A stretch of 40,254 nt of DNA, from the IMG/VR virus record IMGVR_UViG_2541047843_000009. One strand, 5' to 3'. Of this stretch, positions 1-9,359 are shown in pieces. Numbering within the stretch: position 1 is the first letter of the stretch; each line of letters opens with the position of its first letter. Both the position numbers and the translations under genes were made by a program. The stretch comes from a virus. Its lineage: Duplodnaviria > Heunggongvirae > Uroviricota > Caudoviricetes. The notes under the pieces were generated by a model, which was given only the letters and a program-made list of their open reading frames with translations, was not told where the DNA came from and did not search any database.

Positions 1-26
1 AAACCTGCCGTAGCAGGTTCTCTTTC

Positions 27-245
27 TCAAAAATTCATATGCCCCTGACCACCTGGCAATGGATGTGGAGGAGCAGTAGCAATCAGTGCGGGTGTCACAA
101 TAAACCGGACCACTGTTTCATGGGTAACAAAAGTGCTCCCGCAGTTAATATTTTGGCACTGGCAGTAACGCTCTTTGGTGCTTTCAGTTACTTGAAAACT
201 GCTCCTTGTGTGTGCCGCATGACCACACTTTGGACAATTCATCAT
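27..245 (-). CDS. ogr: Ogr/Delta-type zinc-finger late transcription activator
   Basis: CPKCGH...CQCQNINC four-Cys pattern; 72 aa from the ATG at 245 (the track start at 290 is a GTG); sits next to D as in P2. Confidence 0.8.
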   Translation of the reverse strand: MMNCPKCGHAAHTRSSFQVTESTKERYCQCQNINCGSTFVTHETVVRFIVTPALIATAPPHPLPGGQGHMNF

Positions 246-313
246 ATCCAGATCCCTACCTTTGCTATCAGAATCATTGTAATGATACACAAAATATCAA
301 TATTGAGAACACT

Positions 314-1414
314 TTATTCCATTTCAAGATCATCAATCTTCACTTCGAGTTCAATACTGGTCGTAAAACCATTATCCGGGCTGACGGTATGAGTCAGAGT
401 CGTAATGGTCCATTCCGCATCATCTATCGGTTGTTTAAAGCCACTAACTTTCACTGGCATTTCCGTGTAAAGATCTGCCCGCCCTTCCGCCAGTTGTAGC
501 GAGAATGACGCAACGCCGCGTTGCAGGCGTTCCCACTGCATTTTCGCTGCCCGTTCAGCGTTGCTCCGGTTGGCATAAGTGCGATTAAGTACCAGCACGT
601 TTTCATCCGTACCCACCAGGTAATCGCCCTGCTTCGCTTCCGGCTCTTTCTTCTGCTTCTTAGTTCTGCGCTTACGCTTCACCGTGGTGCTTTCTTTCTT
701 CGCAGGTTCGCGGGTATGCAACCAGCTGGCAATTACGCCCGTGTAGGCTCCGCGATCTGCCAGGGTAAATCGGTGACTGTCGCCGTCCTTGCGTGTGATA
801 GTGATCACTGGCAGAGGTTTACCAGTGGCGCTTTTGCCCTGCCCCTGCCGGATGAATAACAGATTGCCATTTTTCACCGACGCGATGGCACCGTACTGTC
901 GCGCCAGCCGCATCAGAAAACTGCCGTCACTCTCATTAGTCTGGTCTATATGCTCCACGGGCTTATCCGACAGGTCTTTACCCAGTGCCATCTTCAGCTT
1001 GTGCCGCGCGGCTATTTCCTTCACCACTTCCCCGACGGTGGTCTTATGCCACGATTTTTCACGGCGGGTATTCAGCGTTTCCCGAAAATCAGCACTTCGC
1101 GCCCGGATAGTCAGGCGGTCCGGTGCGCCAGTGTGTTCAATCTCGTCCACTGTGAATGCCCCTTTCGGGAAAAGCGGCTGCCCCTTCCAGCCCAGCGCCA
1201 GCGTAATAACCGCACCACGGCGCGGCAGCACGATTTTTCCGTCAGCGTCATCCAGCTCCAGATCAAGCTGGTCCGCTTCAAAGCCCCGGTTATCCGTCAG
1301 CGTCAAACTCATCAGGCGGTTATCCAGCACAGTGGTGATATCCCTGCCCTCAATACTGATGCTGAATGCGGGAGTTTTGTTGCCTTTGTTAAGCAGTTCA
1401 GAGCTGAAATTCAC
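314..1414 (-). CDS. D: Tail protein D (late control gene D family)
   Basis: 366 aa, position and sequence character of P2 gpD; start overlaps the U stop. Confidence 0.85.
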   Translation of the reverse strand: MNFSSELLNKGNKTPAFSISIEGRDITTVLDNRLMSLTLTDNRGFEADQLDLELDDADGKIVLPRRGAVITLALGWKGQPLFPKGAFTVDEIEHTGAPDRLTIRARSADFRETLNTRREKSWHKTTVGEVVKEIAARHKLKMALGKDLSDKPVEHIDQTNESDGSFLMRLARQYGAIASVKNGNLLFIRQGQGKSATGKPLPVITITRKDGDSHRFTLADRGAYTGVIASWLHTREPAKKESTTVKRKRRTKKQKKEPEAKQGDYLVGTDENVLVLNRTYANRSNAERAAKMQWERLQRGVASFSLQLAEGRADLYTEMPVKVSGFKQPIDDAEWTITTLTHTVSPDNGFTTSIELEVKIDDLEME

Positions 1415-1896
1415 GACAGCAGCCCTCCCACCGTTTTACTGATATCGCTTAAGGCAGACGTTGCCGTGTCCTGCAGATTATTCAGTTGCGCACTGAGATC
1501 ACCGAACATATCGGACAGGGATTCATCCACTCGTTTGAGCGACAGGGTGAACTCAATCCGGCGCGGCATACCGTCGCGGAAAAACTCCGTTTTAGTCTGA
1601 TTCAGTCCCTCAATCACATACATGCCGTAAATCGTGCCGCTGCCTTCAATCAGGGGCCATGCTTTCCCCTGTTCTGCCATCTGCTCCAGTGCCAGCAACG
1701 ACAGCCTGCCGCCTGTTATTTCCGGCATAAGAACACCGGAAAGCGTCAGCATGTCGTTTTCCGGTCCCAGAAACTGCGTGGACGGACGTCGGTTTACCCG
1801 ACTGTTTGCCGCATGTCGCCAGCTGCGTTGATACTGCAGTTCCTGATACGGAACGGTGCGCAGCATAAACACGTACAATCCCAGCACCATCATCAT
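1411..1896 (-). CDS. U: Tail protein U
   Basis: 161 aa, between T and D as in P2; 4-nt overlaps with both neighbours. Confidence 0.8.
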   Translation of the reverse strand: MMMVLGLYVFMLRTVPYQELQYQRSWRHAANSRVNRRPSTQFLGPENDMLTLSGVLMPEITGGRLSLLALEQMAEQGKAWPLIEGSGTIYGMYVIEGLNQTKTEFFRDGMPRRIEFTLSLKRVDESLSDMFGDLSAQLNNLQDTATSALSDISKTVGGLLS

Positions 1897-4800
1897 GCGT
1901 CGTATCCCCCCTGATCGCTGTAGTTACTCCTGGCTTTTGCCTTCAGCCTGCGTTCACGTTCATCAAGCTGGCGTGCCACCTCCCGCGCAATATCCTGCGC
2001 ACTTTGTCCTGGCTGCGTCTGAATGATGATCTGCGTCGGTGCCTCAATCCGTTGAACGAGCGGCACAGTGGCTGCGCGACTCACAATTGCTTCTCCACCT
2101 TTCGCGGGAAGTGCCAAGGGGTGCAACGGTGGAAGCTCTGCTGGCGCGGCAGCAACGCCCATCATTCCGGCAACAACGGCAGCCAGTGCAGCTGTATTTC
2201 TCCGGCTGGTCACATTTGCCGGGCCGTTAACAATTTCCGGCCCGTTTTCACCGACGATGCCAAACTGCCCGCGCGGGATATACCCGCCGCTGTCATACAT
2301 CCCCGCAAAGCCATATCCCCATGATGGAAAACCACCCGATGGCATCATCACTTTACCGTCTGCATTCACCGTCGCAGGTTGCTGACGCGTCACGCTTTCC
2401 GGCAGTTTTGCCTTTGCGGCCTCTTTACTGACAATGCCGAGCTTCTCCAGCAACCAGGAAACGCCGGATTTCAGGGAGTCCAGCGGATGCATGACCATAT
2501 TCAGCCCTTCCGCCAGTGCCTCCCCGAATCGCCGCCCCATTGCCGCTGCGCTCTGCAGTTCGGCAGAGGTCGACTTAACGGGCGTCAGCAGATCAGTAAA
2601 CCAGCCCCACAGCGCCTGCACTTTGTCGCCAATCCACTGGAACACGGGCTTAAGCGGTTCGAACGCTGCACTGATGGGACCTGCCGCCGCTTTGAATCCT
2701 TCCACCACGCCACCGAGAAATGCGGTGATGGGTTGCCAGTATTTCCAGACAACCAGCGCCACGCCCGCCAGTGCAGTAACCACAAGACCTATCGGACTGA
2801 GCAGAGCACCTAACAGACCAGATATGGCATACAGGGCAACGCGCAGCATCGCCAGTGGACCAGATGCCAGTACTCGCAGCACCGTGCCTGCGGCGGCCAG
2901 TCCACCGCGCAGTACCGCCAGAGGATTCATAAACATCACAGCAACAGCACGTAAACCGGATAATCCAGACCGCAAAAGTGCAACCGGCGCACCTGCTACA
3001 GTTTTCAGGACATTTCCCGTCAGTGATGCCGTGCGGCGCAAAGACGACAACGGCGCAGTAAGTAAACCTGCGGCGTTGCCCGATGAAGCAAGCCCGCGTC
3101 GCAGCAGTGCCAGTGGTGCGCCAGCCAGCCAGGACAACGCGCTGCTGGTTCGAGTTACTGCTGCCGTAACGGAAGATAACGTTTTGATACCCAACACAGA
3201 GAATCCCAGACGGATCACTGCCAGCGGCCCCAGCACTGCAGCCAGCGCCACCGCTAAGGTGCCGAGGCCGACGGTAACCGCAGCCACAACAGCCGATGCT
3301 TTCATCAGTGTGCCTGTCAGTTCCGGGTTAGCTTCCACCCAGCGACGCAACGCCCCCGTGACGCTTTTCACCGTGTACAGAATATCCATCAGCGGCTGGC
3401 GCAGCGTTTCGCCCAGGCTGCTGAAGGTGTTCTGCGCTCCGGTTTTGACCAGCAACCACTGCGCAGAAAGTGAATCCTTGTTAATGTCGGATTCTTTCTG
3501 CATGGAGCCAAGCGCATCATTGCCCGCTGTCAGTTTTAACTGACGCTGCAGTTCCGGCAGGTTGTTTGCCAGTTTCGCCGCGTCATCGCCAAACTCTTTA
3601 CCAAACAACATAGTCATGGCAGACAGGCGCTTGTCCTGCGGCAGCGCGTTTACCTTCTCCAGCACGCGCTGGATGGTTCCCATCGCATCCTTCGTCATCT
3701 GCTTTTCAATCACTTCAGGATTGAGTTTCAGCAGATTCATCCCTTCAAAGAAACTCTTGCTTTGCATGGTGGCAATGGACAATTCACGCACCATCGCGTT
3801 TGCTGCACTGGCTGCAACCTCTGGCGCAGCGCCCAGTGTCAGGAAGGTGGAACCCAGCGCCGCCGCTTTACGATAATCCAGACGGTCAGCCACACCGCCC
3901 AGACGTTGCATCACATCAATGATGTCTGCCCCTTTCGACATGGCGTTATCATCCAGATAGTTCAGCGCATCACCGAGCTGTTCAATATTGCGGGTGGGGA
4001 TTTTGTAGAGCTGGGCGATTTTCCCCAGACTTTCTGACAGTTCATCCGCTGGCAGCTCAAAGGCTGTTGCCGCCTTTGCTGCCGTACTGGCGAAGGCCAG
4101 CAGGTCACGTTTCTGATCTTCCCAGCTGTCGTCAGGGTTTGCGACGTTCATGCGCGCACCACCTTCAACCAGTGCAGCGAAGTCCACCGCACCGTTTTCC
4201 ATCGGCAACTGTTCGCTGGCAGCCTTGATGGCATCCTGCATTTCATAAAAACGTGCAGTGCGGTTGCCATTATCGTCACGCAGACCATTGACCTGCTTTG
4301 CCACACCTTTCATGGCATCTTCCATGCTGGTATAGCTTTTTACTGCCGCCATCACTGGCGCACCCATTGCCAGCCCTGCAGCCGTGGTGGTGGCTCCGGC
4401 ACCTGCAATACGATCACGCACCTCCAGCGAACGGGCATAACTGGCACGCGCTGCATTCATCCTGCGCTGAGCTTCCCCCAGTCGCTTCAGCCGCGCCTCC
4501 TGTTTCGAAAGTTCCTGGTTATAACGTGATGTTTCACGGGCTAAACGGGCAGTTGCTCCCGCATCGTCTTTCGCAGAAATTCCCGCCCGGTACAGTTCAG
4601 CACGCACAAGCGCCGTCTGCTGCTGCAGCTTTTTCTGGCGTTCTTCCAGGCGCTGAACAGCCAGCCGTTGACGGCCCAGAGCAACAACCTGACGTTGCGA
4701 AGGCGGCCCCATCGCTCCCAGTTCCTGACTGAGCAAATTTGCACGCTGGCGGGCATAGTTCAGCCTGTCGCCTAATTTCTGATTTTCTGCCTGCAGCTTT

Positions 4801-4970
4801 CGGTAGCTGTCCAGACTGCTCCCGGCCTGATCAAGCTGCTTTATTGCATCGCGGGATTTTTTGACAGCAGCAGCCAGTTCTCTTGAACTGGCCTGCGCAG
4901 ATCGAAATGGGCGGGTGAGCTTGTCAACCGCATTAAGAATGACCTGCAGACGCAGGTTGTTATCACTCAT
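1893..4970 (-). CDS. T: Tail tape measure protein
   Basis: 1025 aa; coiled-coil N-terminal part, Ala/Gly-rich hydrophobic repeats; sits between E/E' and U. Confidence 0.9.
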   Translation of the reverse strand: MSDNNLRLQVILNAVDKLTRPFRSAQASSRELAAAVKKSRDAIKQLDQAGSSLDSYRKLQAENQKLGDRLNYARQRANLLSQELGAMGPPSQRQVVALGRQRLAVQRLEERQKKLQQQTALVRAELYRAGISAKDDAGATARLARETSRYNQELSKQEARLKRLGEAQRRMNAARASYARSLEVRDRIAGAGATTTAAGLAMGAPVMAAVKSYTSMEDAMKGVAKQVNGLRDDNGNRTARFYEMQDAIKAASEQLPMENGAVDFAALVEGGARMNVANPDDSWEDQKRDLLAFASTAAKAATAFELPADELSESLGKIAQLYKIPTRNIEQLGDALNYLDDNAMSKGADIIDVMQRLGGVADRLDYRKAAALGSTFLTLGAAPEVAASAANAMVRELSIATMQSKSFFEGMNLLKLNPEVIEKQMTKDAMGTIQRVLEKVNALPQDKRLSAMTMLFGKEFGDDAAKLANNLPELQRQLKLTAGNDALGSMQKESDINKDSLSAQWLLVKTGAQNTFSSLGETLRQPLMDILYTVKSVTGALRRWVEANPELTGTLMKASAVVAAVTVGLGTLAVALAAVLGPLAVIRLGFSVLGIKTLSSVTAAVTRTSSALSWLAGAPLALLRRGLASSGNAAGLLTAPLSSLRRTASLTGNVLKTVAGAPVALLRSGLSGLRAVAVMFMNPLAVLRGGLAAAGTVLRVLASGPLAMLRVALYAISGLLGALLSPIGLVVTALAGVALVVWKYWQPITAFLGGVVEGFKAAAGPISAAFEPLKPVFQWIGDKVQALWGWFTDLLTPVKSTSAELQSAAAMGRRFGEALAEGLNMVMHPLDSLKSGVSWLLEKLGIVSKEAAKAKLPESVTRQQPATVNADGKVMMPSGGFPSWGYGFAGMYDSGGYIPRGQFGIVGENGPEIVNGPANVTSRRNTAALAAVVAGMMGVAAAPAELPPLHPLALPAKGGEAIVSRAATVPLVQRIEAPTQIIIQTQPGQSAQDIAREVARQLDERERRLKAKARSNYSDQGGYDA

Positions 4971-5142
4971 CGTTGGCCCCGCTTCTCTGAATCGCTTTAT
5001 ACCGCCATTCCAGCACTTCGGTCAGCGGCATAACGTCAGTAACGGATGGCGGCCAGTGAAAAATGGTGGCGATATCTGCCACCAGATCGTCAACCGTCAG
5101 GCTGTCGGTAAACCGGCAAGCACCGACTTCTTCAACAAAAAA
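4963..5142 (-). other. E': E' extension reached by -1 programmed frameshift at TTTTTTG (minus strand, plus coords 5136-5142); the shifted frame stays open to a TGA at 4963-4965, overlapping the T start
   Basis: Translated by hand: the -1 frame after the slippery site gives about 57 codons (VEEVGACRFTDSLTVDDLVADIATIFHWPPSVTDVMPLTEVLEWRYKAIQRSGANDE) and ends inside the first codons of T, as in P2. Confidence 0.7.
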
Positions 5143-5399
5143 GTGACAACCTCAACCGACATGGCAGTGAGATCTGCCGGGTCCATCTCTGCAATTTCCT
5201 GTGCAGTCAGTGCCGGACTGGAGATGCGGGGGATCACGGTCATCATCGCGTTTACATCCATATCCATAATGGCCTGCAGGCGTGTACCGCGCAGCGCACC
5301 GGACTGCGGTTTACGCAGCACAATTTCGGTGATTTCTGTTTTACCGCGCTTGATGGGGGTATCCAGTTGAATGGTCTTTTCAGTCTGCTTATCGCTCAT
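5097..5399 (-). CDS. E: Tail assembly chaperone E (zero-frame product)
   Basis: 100 aa immediately downstream of FII; contains the slippery heptamer near its 3' end. Confidence 0.8.
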   Translation of the reverse strand: MSDKQTEKTIQLDTPIKRGKTEITEIVLRKPQSGALRGTRLQAIMDMDVNAMMTVIPRISSPALTAQEIAEMDPADLTAMSVEVVTFLLKKSVLAGLPTA

Positions 5400-5453
5400 T
5401 TTGCTGTCCTGTCAATTGGGTTCTGGCGCGGTATCCCGCGCCGTTCAGATATA

Positions 5454-5969
5454 TCAGAGGCCGAGGGCGTTGCGGTGCGCTTCCATCAGGTCCACACCGT
5501 CCACAATTTCCACCATGTTGATAAGGTCCACTTCATAGAGCACCTCACCATTGATGGTCAGCTTCGCGTAGCTGTTGGTACTGGTCACTTTGGTGGTGTT
5601 GCTTTCGCCCGTCTTCCACTCGCCGGAATCCACTTCTTTGTGACGTCCACGCACGACAAGCTCCACGGCCTGCACTTCCCCGGTATCGTCACGCTGAATA
5701 GAGCCGGTAAAGCGCAGCTGGATGCCATCCACCGTGGCTTTACCCATCTGTTTAAACAGCAGCAATTCAGTACCACCAATGGAAAATTCTGTGTCCAGCG
5801 CACTGTCATCAAGCCCCAGATCCACATCCACCGCACCCGGCATTCCGCCGCCGCGATACTTCTCATATTTGCGGGTAAATTTCGGCAGCGTCAGCGACTC
5901 AACGATCCCCTGCCAGTTGTTCCCGTCGTTAAACAGGTTCAGGTGTTTTAATTTGCGTGGTAAAGCCAT
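5454..5969 (-). CDS. FII: Tail tube protein FII
   Basis: 171 aa directly downstream of the sheath gene. Confidence 0.85.
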   Translation of the reverse strand: MALPRKLKHLNLFNDGNNWQGIVESLTLPKFTRKYEKYRGGGMPGAVDVDLGLDDSALDTEFSIGGTELLLFKQMGKATVDGIQLRFTGSIQRDDTGEVQAVELVVRGRHKEVDSGEWKTGESNTTKVTSTNSYAKLTINGEVLYEVDLINMVEIVDGVDLMEAHRNALGL

Positions 5970-5978
5970 GTTGTCCCC

Positions 5979-7151
5979 TTACGCGCTGACCTGGCTGGCG
6001 AAATTCACCAGGTACTGATCGGTGATGCGCTGACGCAGCATCAGGTTTTCAAGTGGCGGCACTGGCGTGTAGTCGTAGTCGATGGTGAGTTTTCCGGCTT
6101 TCAGCGTGTCTTTGTCGTTCACCGACTCATCCAGCCAGCAATCACCACCAATGAGATAGCCCTGACTGACCAGGCTGCGCATTTTGGCGCGGATACCTTC
6201 GATAATGTCGCGGGCCAGCGACGGGTTAAGCGGTTTATCCACCGCCCACATGTGTGCTTCTGCCATCGTGTCCATCAGCACCTGCGCCGTGCGGGTGTAG
6301 TTTTCGAAGGCAAAGAGCGGGTCATCACTCAGGCAGCGGGAACCCCAGAAGCGGAAACCGTCTTTACGCACAAGCGTGGTGACGTCGTTCTGGTTCAGCA
6401 GACCTGCATCGGTTGCCGGGTTCTGCAGATCCCAGAACACATCTGCAGAAATTCCGGTGACACCGTTCACGCCCACGTTGGACAGGCTTTTGTGCCATCC
6501 GGTCTGCTCGTCAATTTTGGCGCGCAGACCAAGCGCACGGGCGGTGGCATATGCCGTTGCTTCGGCATTCAGCACCGTGTCCCAGCCAGTAAAGTCAGGC
6601 CAGATCAGCATCCCTTCGCGCTGGCTGAAGTTTTCGCGGTAAGTGATCGCCTCCTGCACTGTCTTGCAGCCATACGCTGACAGGTAAGCAAATCCACGCA
6701 GGCTTTGCGCCACGCTCAGCAACTCAGTAGCTACCGCCTTGGTGTCGTGGCCTGGCACGCCGAGAATGCGCGGTTTAACGCCGAGCTGTGACTGGGCAGA
6801 TAACAGGGCTTTCATACCTGTTTTTTTACCTTCAGCAGTCACTGCGCCGATGATATTGGTCGTGGTTTCGTCTTCCGTTTCACCCTGCGGCACACGCACA
6901 ACAATGGTCACGGGTTTTGCCTGGTCAGCGATGGCATCCAGCGAACGGGCCAGAGTACCTGACTCACCCGCTTTACCGCTGGCAGTCAGCACATCAGTGA
7001 TCAGCACGGGTTTATTAAGAGGAAACATTTTTGCATCGGCATCATCGCCCGTGCAGACCATACCCACGATGGCGGTGCTCACCGTGGTAATAGATCGGGT
7101 GCCTTCGTTGACTTCAACAACGCGCACCCCGTGGTGGTAATCCTGAGCCAT
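5979..7151 (-). CDS. FI: Contractile tail sheath protein FI
   Basis: 390 aa; first gene of the FI-FII-E-T-U-D block. Confidence 0.9.
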   Translation of the reverse strand: MAQDYHHGVRVVEVNEGTRSITTVSTAIVGMVCTGDDADAKMFPLNKPVLITDVLTASGKAGESGTLARSLDAIADQAKPVTIVVRVPQGETEDETTTNIIGAVTAEGKKTGMKALLSAQSQLGVKPRILGVPGHDTKAVATELLSVAQSLRGFAYLSAYGCKTVQEAITYRENFSQREGMLIWPDFTGWDTVLNAEATAYATARALGLRAKIDEQTGWHKSLSNVGVNGVTGISADVFWDLQNPATDAGLLNQNDVTTLVRKDGFRFWGSRCLSDDPLFAFENYTRTAQVLMDTMAEAHMWAVDKPLNPSLARDIIEGIRAKMRSLVSQGYLIGGDCWLDESVNDKDTLKAGKLTIDYDYTPVPPLENLMLRQRITDQYLVNFASQVSA

Positions 7152-7227
7152 AGTGGCGAACCTCCTGATTGGATTAGGCTTCGCCCTATGTTGAAGTGAT
7201 TGTGCCTGACAAACAGCTAAGCGCAGT

Positions 7228-7245
7228 TGTGTCGTTATTCACACA
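7228..7245 (-). promoter_or_regulatory. Candidate Ogr-dependent late promoter element (TGT-N12-ACA) upstream of FI
   Basis: tgtgtcgttattcacaca lies 77-94 nt upstream of the FI start. Confidence 0.5.
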
Positions 7246-7293
7246 AAATAACGGTATTTGTCTGCTTGCAGGGATAATCAACATAATGCTGAT

Positions 7294-7860
7294 TCAGGGG
7301 GATTCATTGATCTTATTTGCCGGAAATTTTCTATAAATGGTAGAAACGCCTACATCAAAAATCAGTGCAATACGCTGTATTGATTCTCCGGCCTCGAGTA
7401 AACGCCCAATCTGTGCCCACTGTTCGGTGGTCAACTTAGGACGGCGTCCACCTACTCTGCCTTTGGCACGAGCTGCAGCCAGCCCTGCCCTGGTACGTTC
7501 AACTATCAGTTCGCGTTCCATTTCAGCCAGGGCACCCATGACATGAAAAAAGAAACGGCCCATTGGGGTACTGGTATCAATACTGTCAGTCAGGCTTCTG
7601 AAATTCACACCACGCTGGCGCAACTCTTCTATCAGCGTAACAAGATGCCGCATACTGCGCCCCAACCTGTCCAGCTTCCAGACAACCAGCGTGTCTCCTG
7701 CCGATAGTGTCCTGAGTAGTTTTTTCAGCCCCGGTCTGTCGGACTTAGTGCCACTGATTTTGTCCTCAAAAATCTGCTCACATCCCGCGCAGTTCAGTGC
7801 ATTACGTTGCAAATCGGTGTTCTGGTCATTTGTTGACACGCGTACATAGCCAATAAGCAT
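7294..7860 (-). CDS. Serine DNA invertase, Gin/Hin/Pin/Cin family
   Basis: N-terminal MLIGYVRVSTNDQ with the catalytic Ser, VVWKLDRLGRSM motif and C-terminal helix-turn-helix; GGGGG ribosome-binding site before the ATG at 7860. Confidence 0.9.
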   Translation of the reverse strand: MLIGYVRVSTNDQNTDLQRNALNCAGCEQIFEDKISGTKSDRPGLKKLLRTLSAGDTLVVWKLDRLGRSMRHLVTLIEELRQRGVNFRSLTDSIDTSTPMGRFFFHVMGALAEMERELIVERTRAGLAAARAKGRVGGRRPKLTTEQWAQIGRLLEAGESIQRIALIFDVGVSTIYRKFPANKINESP

Positions 7861-7928
7861 GATCATCCCCCTGAATAAAAACCGGAGATGATGCCAGTTA
7901 GCTGTTACCTCTGCATTTTCTTAAACGT

Positions 7929-7944
7929 TGGTTTAGGAGAAGGC
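7929..7944. repeat. Inversion crossover site, left inverted repeat
   Basis: ttggtttaggagaagg is the exact reverse complement of 9704-9719. Confidence 0.7.
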
Positions 7945-8343
7945 TCAGCATTGCCTGTTGGCGTACCTGTTCCGTGGCCTTCAGTCACACCGCCAACAGG
8001 CTGGCTGAAATGCAACGGTGCAGCTTTTTCTGCCGAAGAGTATCCGGAACTGGCAAAAGTTTATCCGACAAATAAATTGCCAGATTTACGCGGCGAATTC
8101 ATTCGTGGGTGGGATGATGGAAGAGGAATTGATTCAGGACGGACTCTCCTGTCTGCTCAGGACGGGAGCATTGAGGCACACGGCCATGATTACAATGGGG
8201 TCATCTATACTTCTAGCGGTCCTTCCTGGGCTAATACGACGGATGCGGGACACCGGGCATATTCGGGATTTACATCATCATATGGCGGGAGCGAAACCCG
8301 TCCACGAAATATTGCATTTAACTATATCGTGAGGGCTGCATAA
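7945..8343 (+). CDS. Silent alternative C-terminal segment of the tail fibre (expressed only after inversion)
   Basis: Ends ...RPRNIAFNYIVRAA, the receptor-binding C-terminus type of lambda Stf; has no start of its own downstream of the crossover site. Confidence 0.6.
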   Translation, partial: SALPVGVPVPWPSVTPPTGWLKCNGAAFSAEEYPELAKVYPTNKLPDLRGEFIRGWDDGRGIDSGRTLLSAQDGSIEAHGHDYNGVIYTSSGPSWANTTDAGHRAYSGFTSSYGGSETRPRNIAFNYIVRAA

Positions 8344-8945
8344 TGGATAACGCCGTATTAAATAGCGAGCTTATTGCCACGAAGGCGGGGAATATTACCG
8401 TCTATAACTATGATGGTGAGACGCGGGAATATATTTCTGCATCAACTGAATATCTTGCAGTGGGTGTCGGTATTCCAGCATATTCCTGTTTAGACGCTCC
8501 TGTTACATCTAAGGCTGGTTATACAATTTGCCGTTCTGTGGATTTAAAATCATGGGAATATGTGTCAGACCATCGCGGTGAAATCGTCTATAACACCGAA
8601 ACGGGAGATGCCAAAGAAATCACAGCACTAGGCGACTATCCCGAAAATACAACCACTATCGCCCCGTTAACGCCATACGATAAATGGGATGGTGAAAAAT
8701 GGGTGACAGATGTTGAGGCACAACACGGTGCCGCAGTAGAAGCGGCAGAAGCACAGCGCCAGTCACTGATTGATGCAGCAATGGCTTCCATCAGTCTGAT
8801 TCAACTGAAATTACAGGCCGGGCGGAAGCTGACGCAGCCAGAAAACACCCGACTTAACGCTGTGCTGGATTATATTGACGCGGTGACGGCAACAGATACC
8901 AGCACAGCGCCAGACGTCATCTGGCCTGAACTGCCGGAGGCGTAG
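8343..8945 (+). CDS. Alternative tail-fibre assembly protein (Tfa/U'-like)
   Basis: 200 aa; start overlaps the stop of the alternative fibre segment; C-terminal DTSTAPDVIWPELPEA motif. Confidence 0.75.
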   Translation: MDNAVLNSELIATKAGNITVYNYDGETREYISASTEYLAVGVGIPAYSCLDAPVTSKAGYTICRSVDLKSWEYVSDHRGEIVYNTETGDAKEITALGDYPENTTTIAPLTPYDKWDGEKWVTDVEAQHGAAVEAAEAQRQSLIDAAMASISLIQLKLQAGRKLTQPENTRLNAVLDYIDAVTATDTSTAPDVIWPELPEA

Positions 8946-9357
8946 GCCATTCAATATCTGGCGCACCGGAAGTATCGACCAGTTCCAGTGCGTCCAGATA
9001 ATCCAGCCACAAATTATATTGCGCCAGTTCCCCACCTTTCAGGCGACCAATCGCCGCTTTACCAGGCCATTGCTTACTGTTTATGTATTCGTTGACCTGA
9101 TTAATCAATTGCTGCTTTTCCAGTTCGGCTGCGGCAATTTGTTCCTCATGAGTTGGCGGTGGAATATCAATCCATGCAGGCATTCCGTCGATGACACCTC
9201 TGTATTTTCCTTCTGGTGCTTCCTTCATAAATTCGGCGGCAACAGTGTCGTCAATTTCGATTCCATCACCGGGCCATTCGCCGGATTCCTGATAAGCGAT
9301 TTTAAGCTCCACAGGGAAAAACGCATTTTTATCGGCACTGAAAATATATTTCTGCAT
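8917..9357 (-). CDS. G: Tail-fibre assembly protein (currently expressed orientation)
   Basis: 146 aa directly after H; C-terminal VDTSGAPDIEWP motif. Confidence 0.8.
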   Translation of the reverse strand: MQKYIFSADKNAFFPVELKIAYQESGEWPGDGIEIDDTVAAEFMKEAPEGKYRGVIDGMPAWIDIPPPTHEEQIAAAELEKQQLINQVNEYINSKQWPGKAAIGRLKGGELAQYNLWLDYLDALELVDTSGAPDIEWPTPPAVQAR

Positions 9358-9359
9358 TT

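Noticed and set aside
789-1600. Two plus-strand ORFs of about 216 aa
   Set aside because: Antisense to the D and U tail genes.
2434-3543. 369-aa plus-strand ORF (and neighbours 2068-2385, 2379-2813)
   Set aside because: Entirely antisense to the tape measure gene; Ala/Ser/Pro/Arg-rich composition typical of spurious open frames in GC-rich coding DNA.
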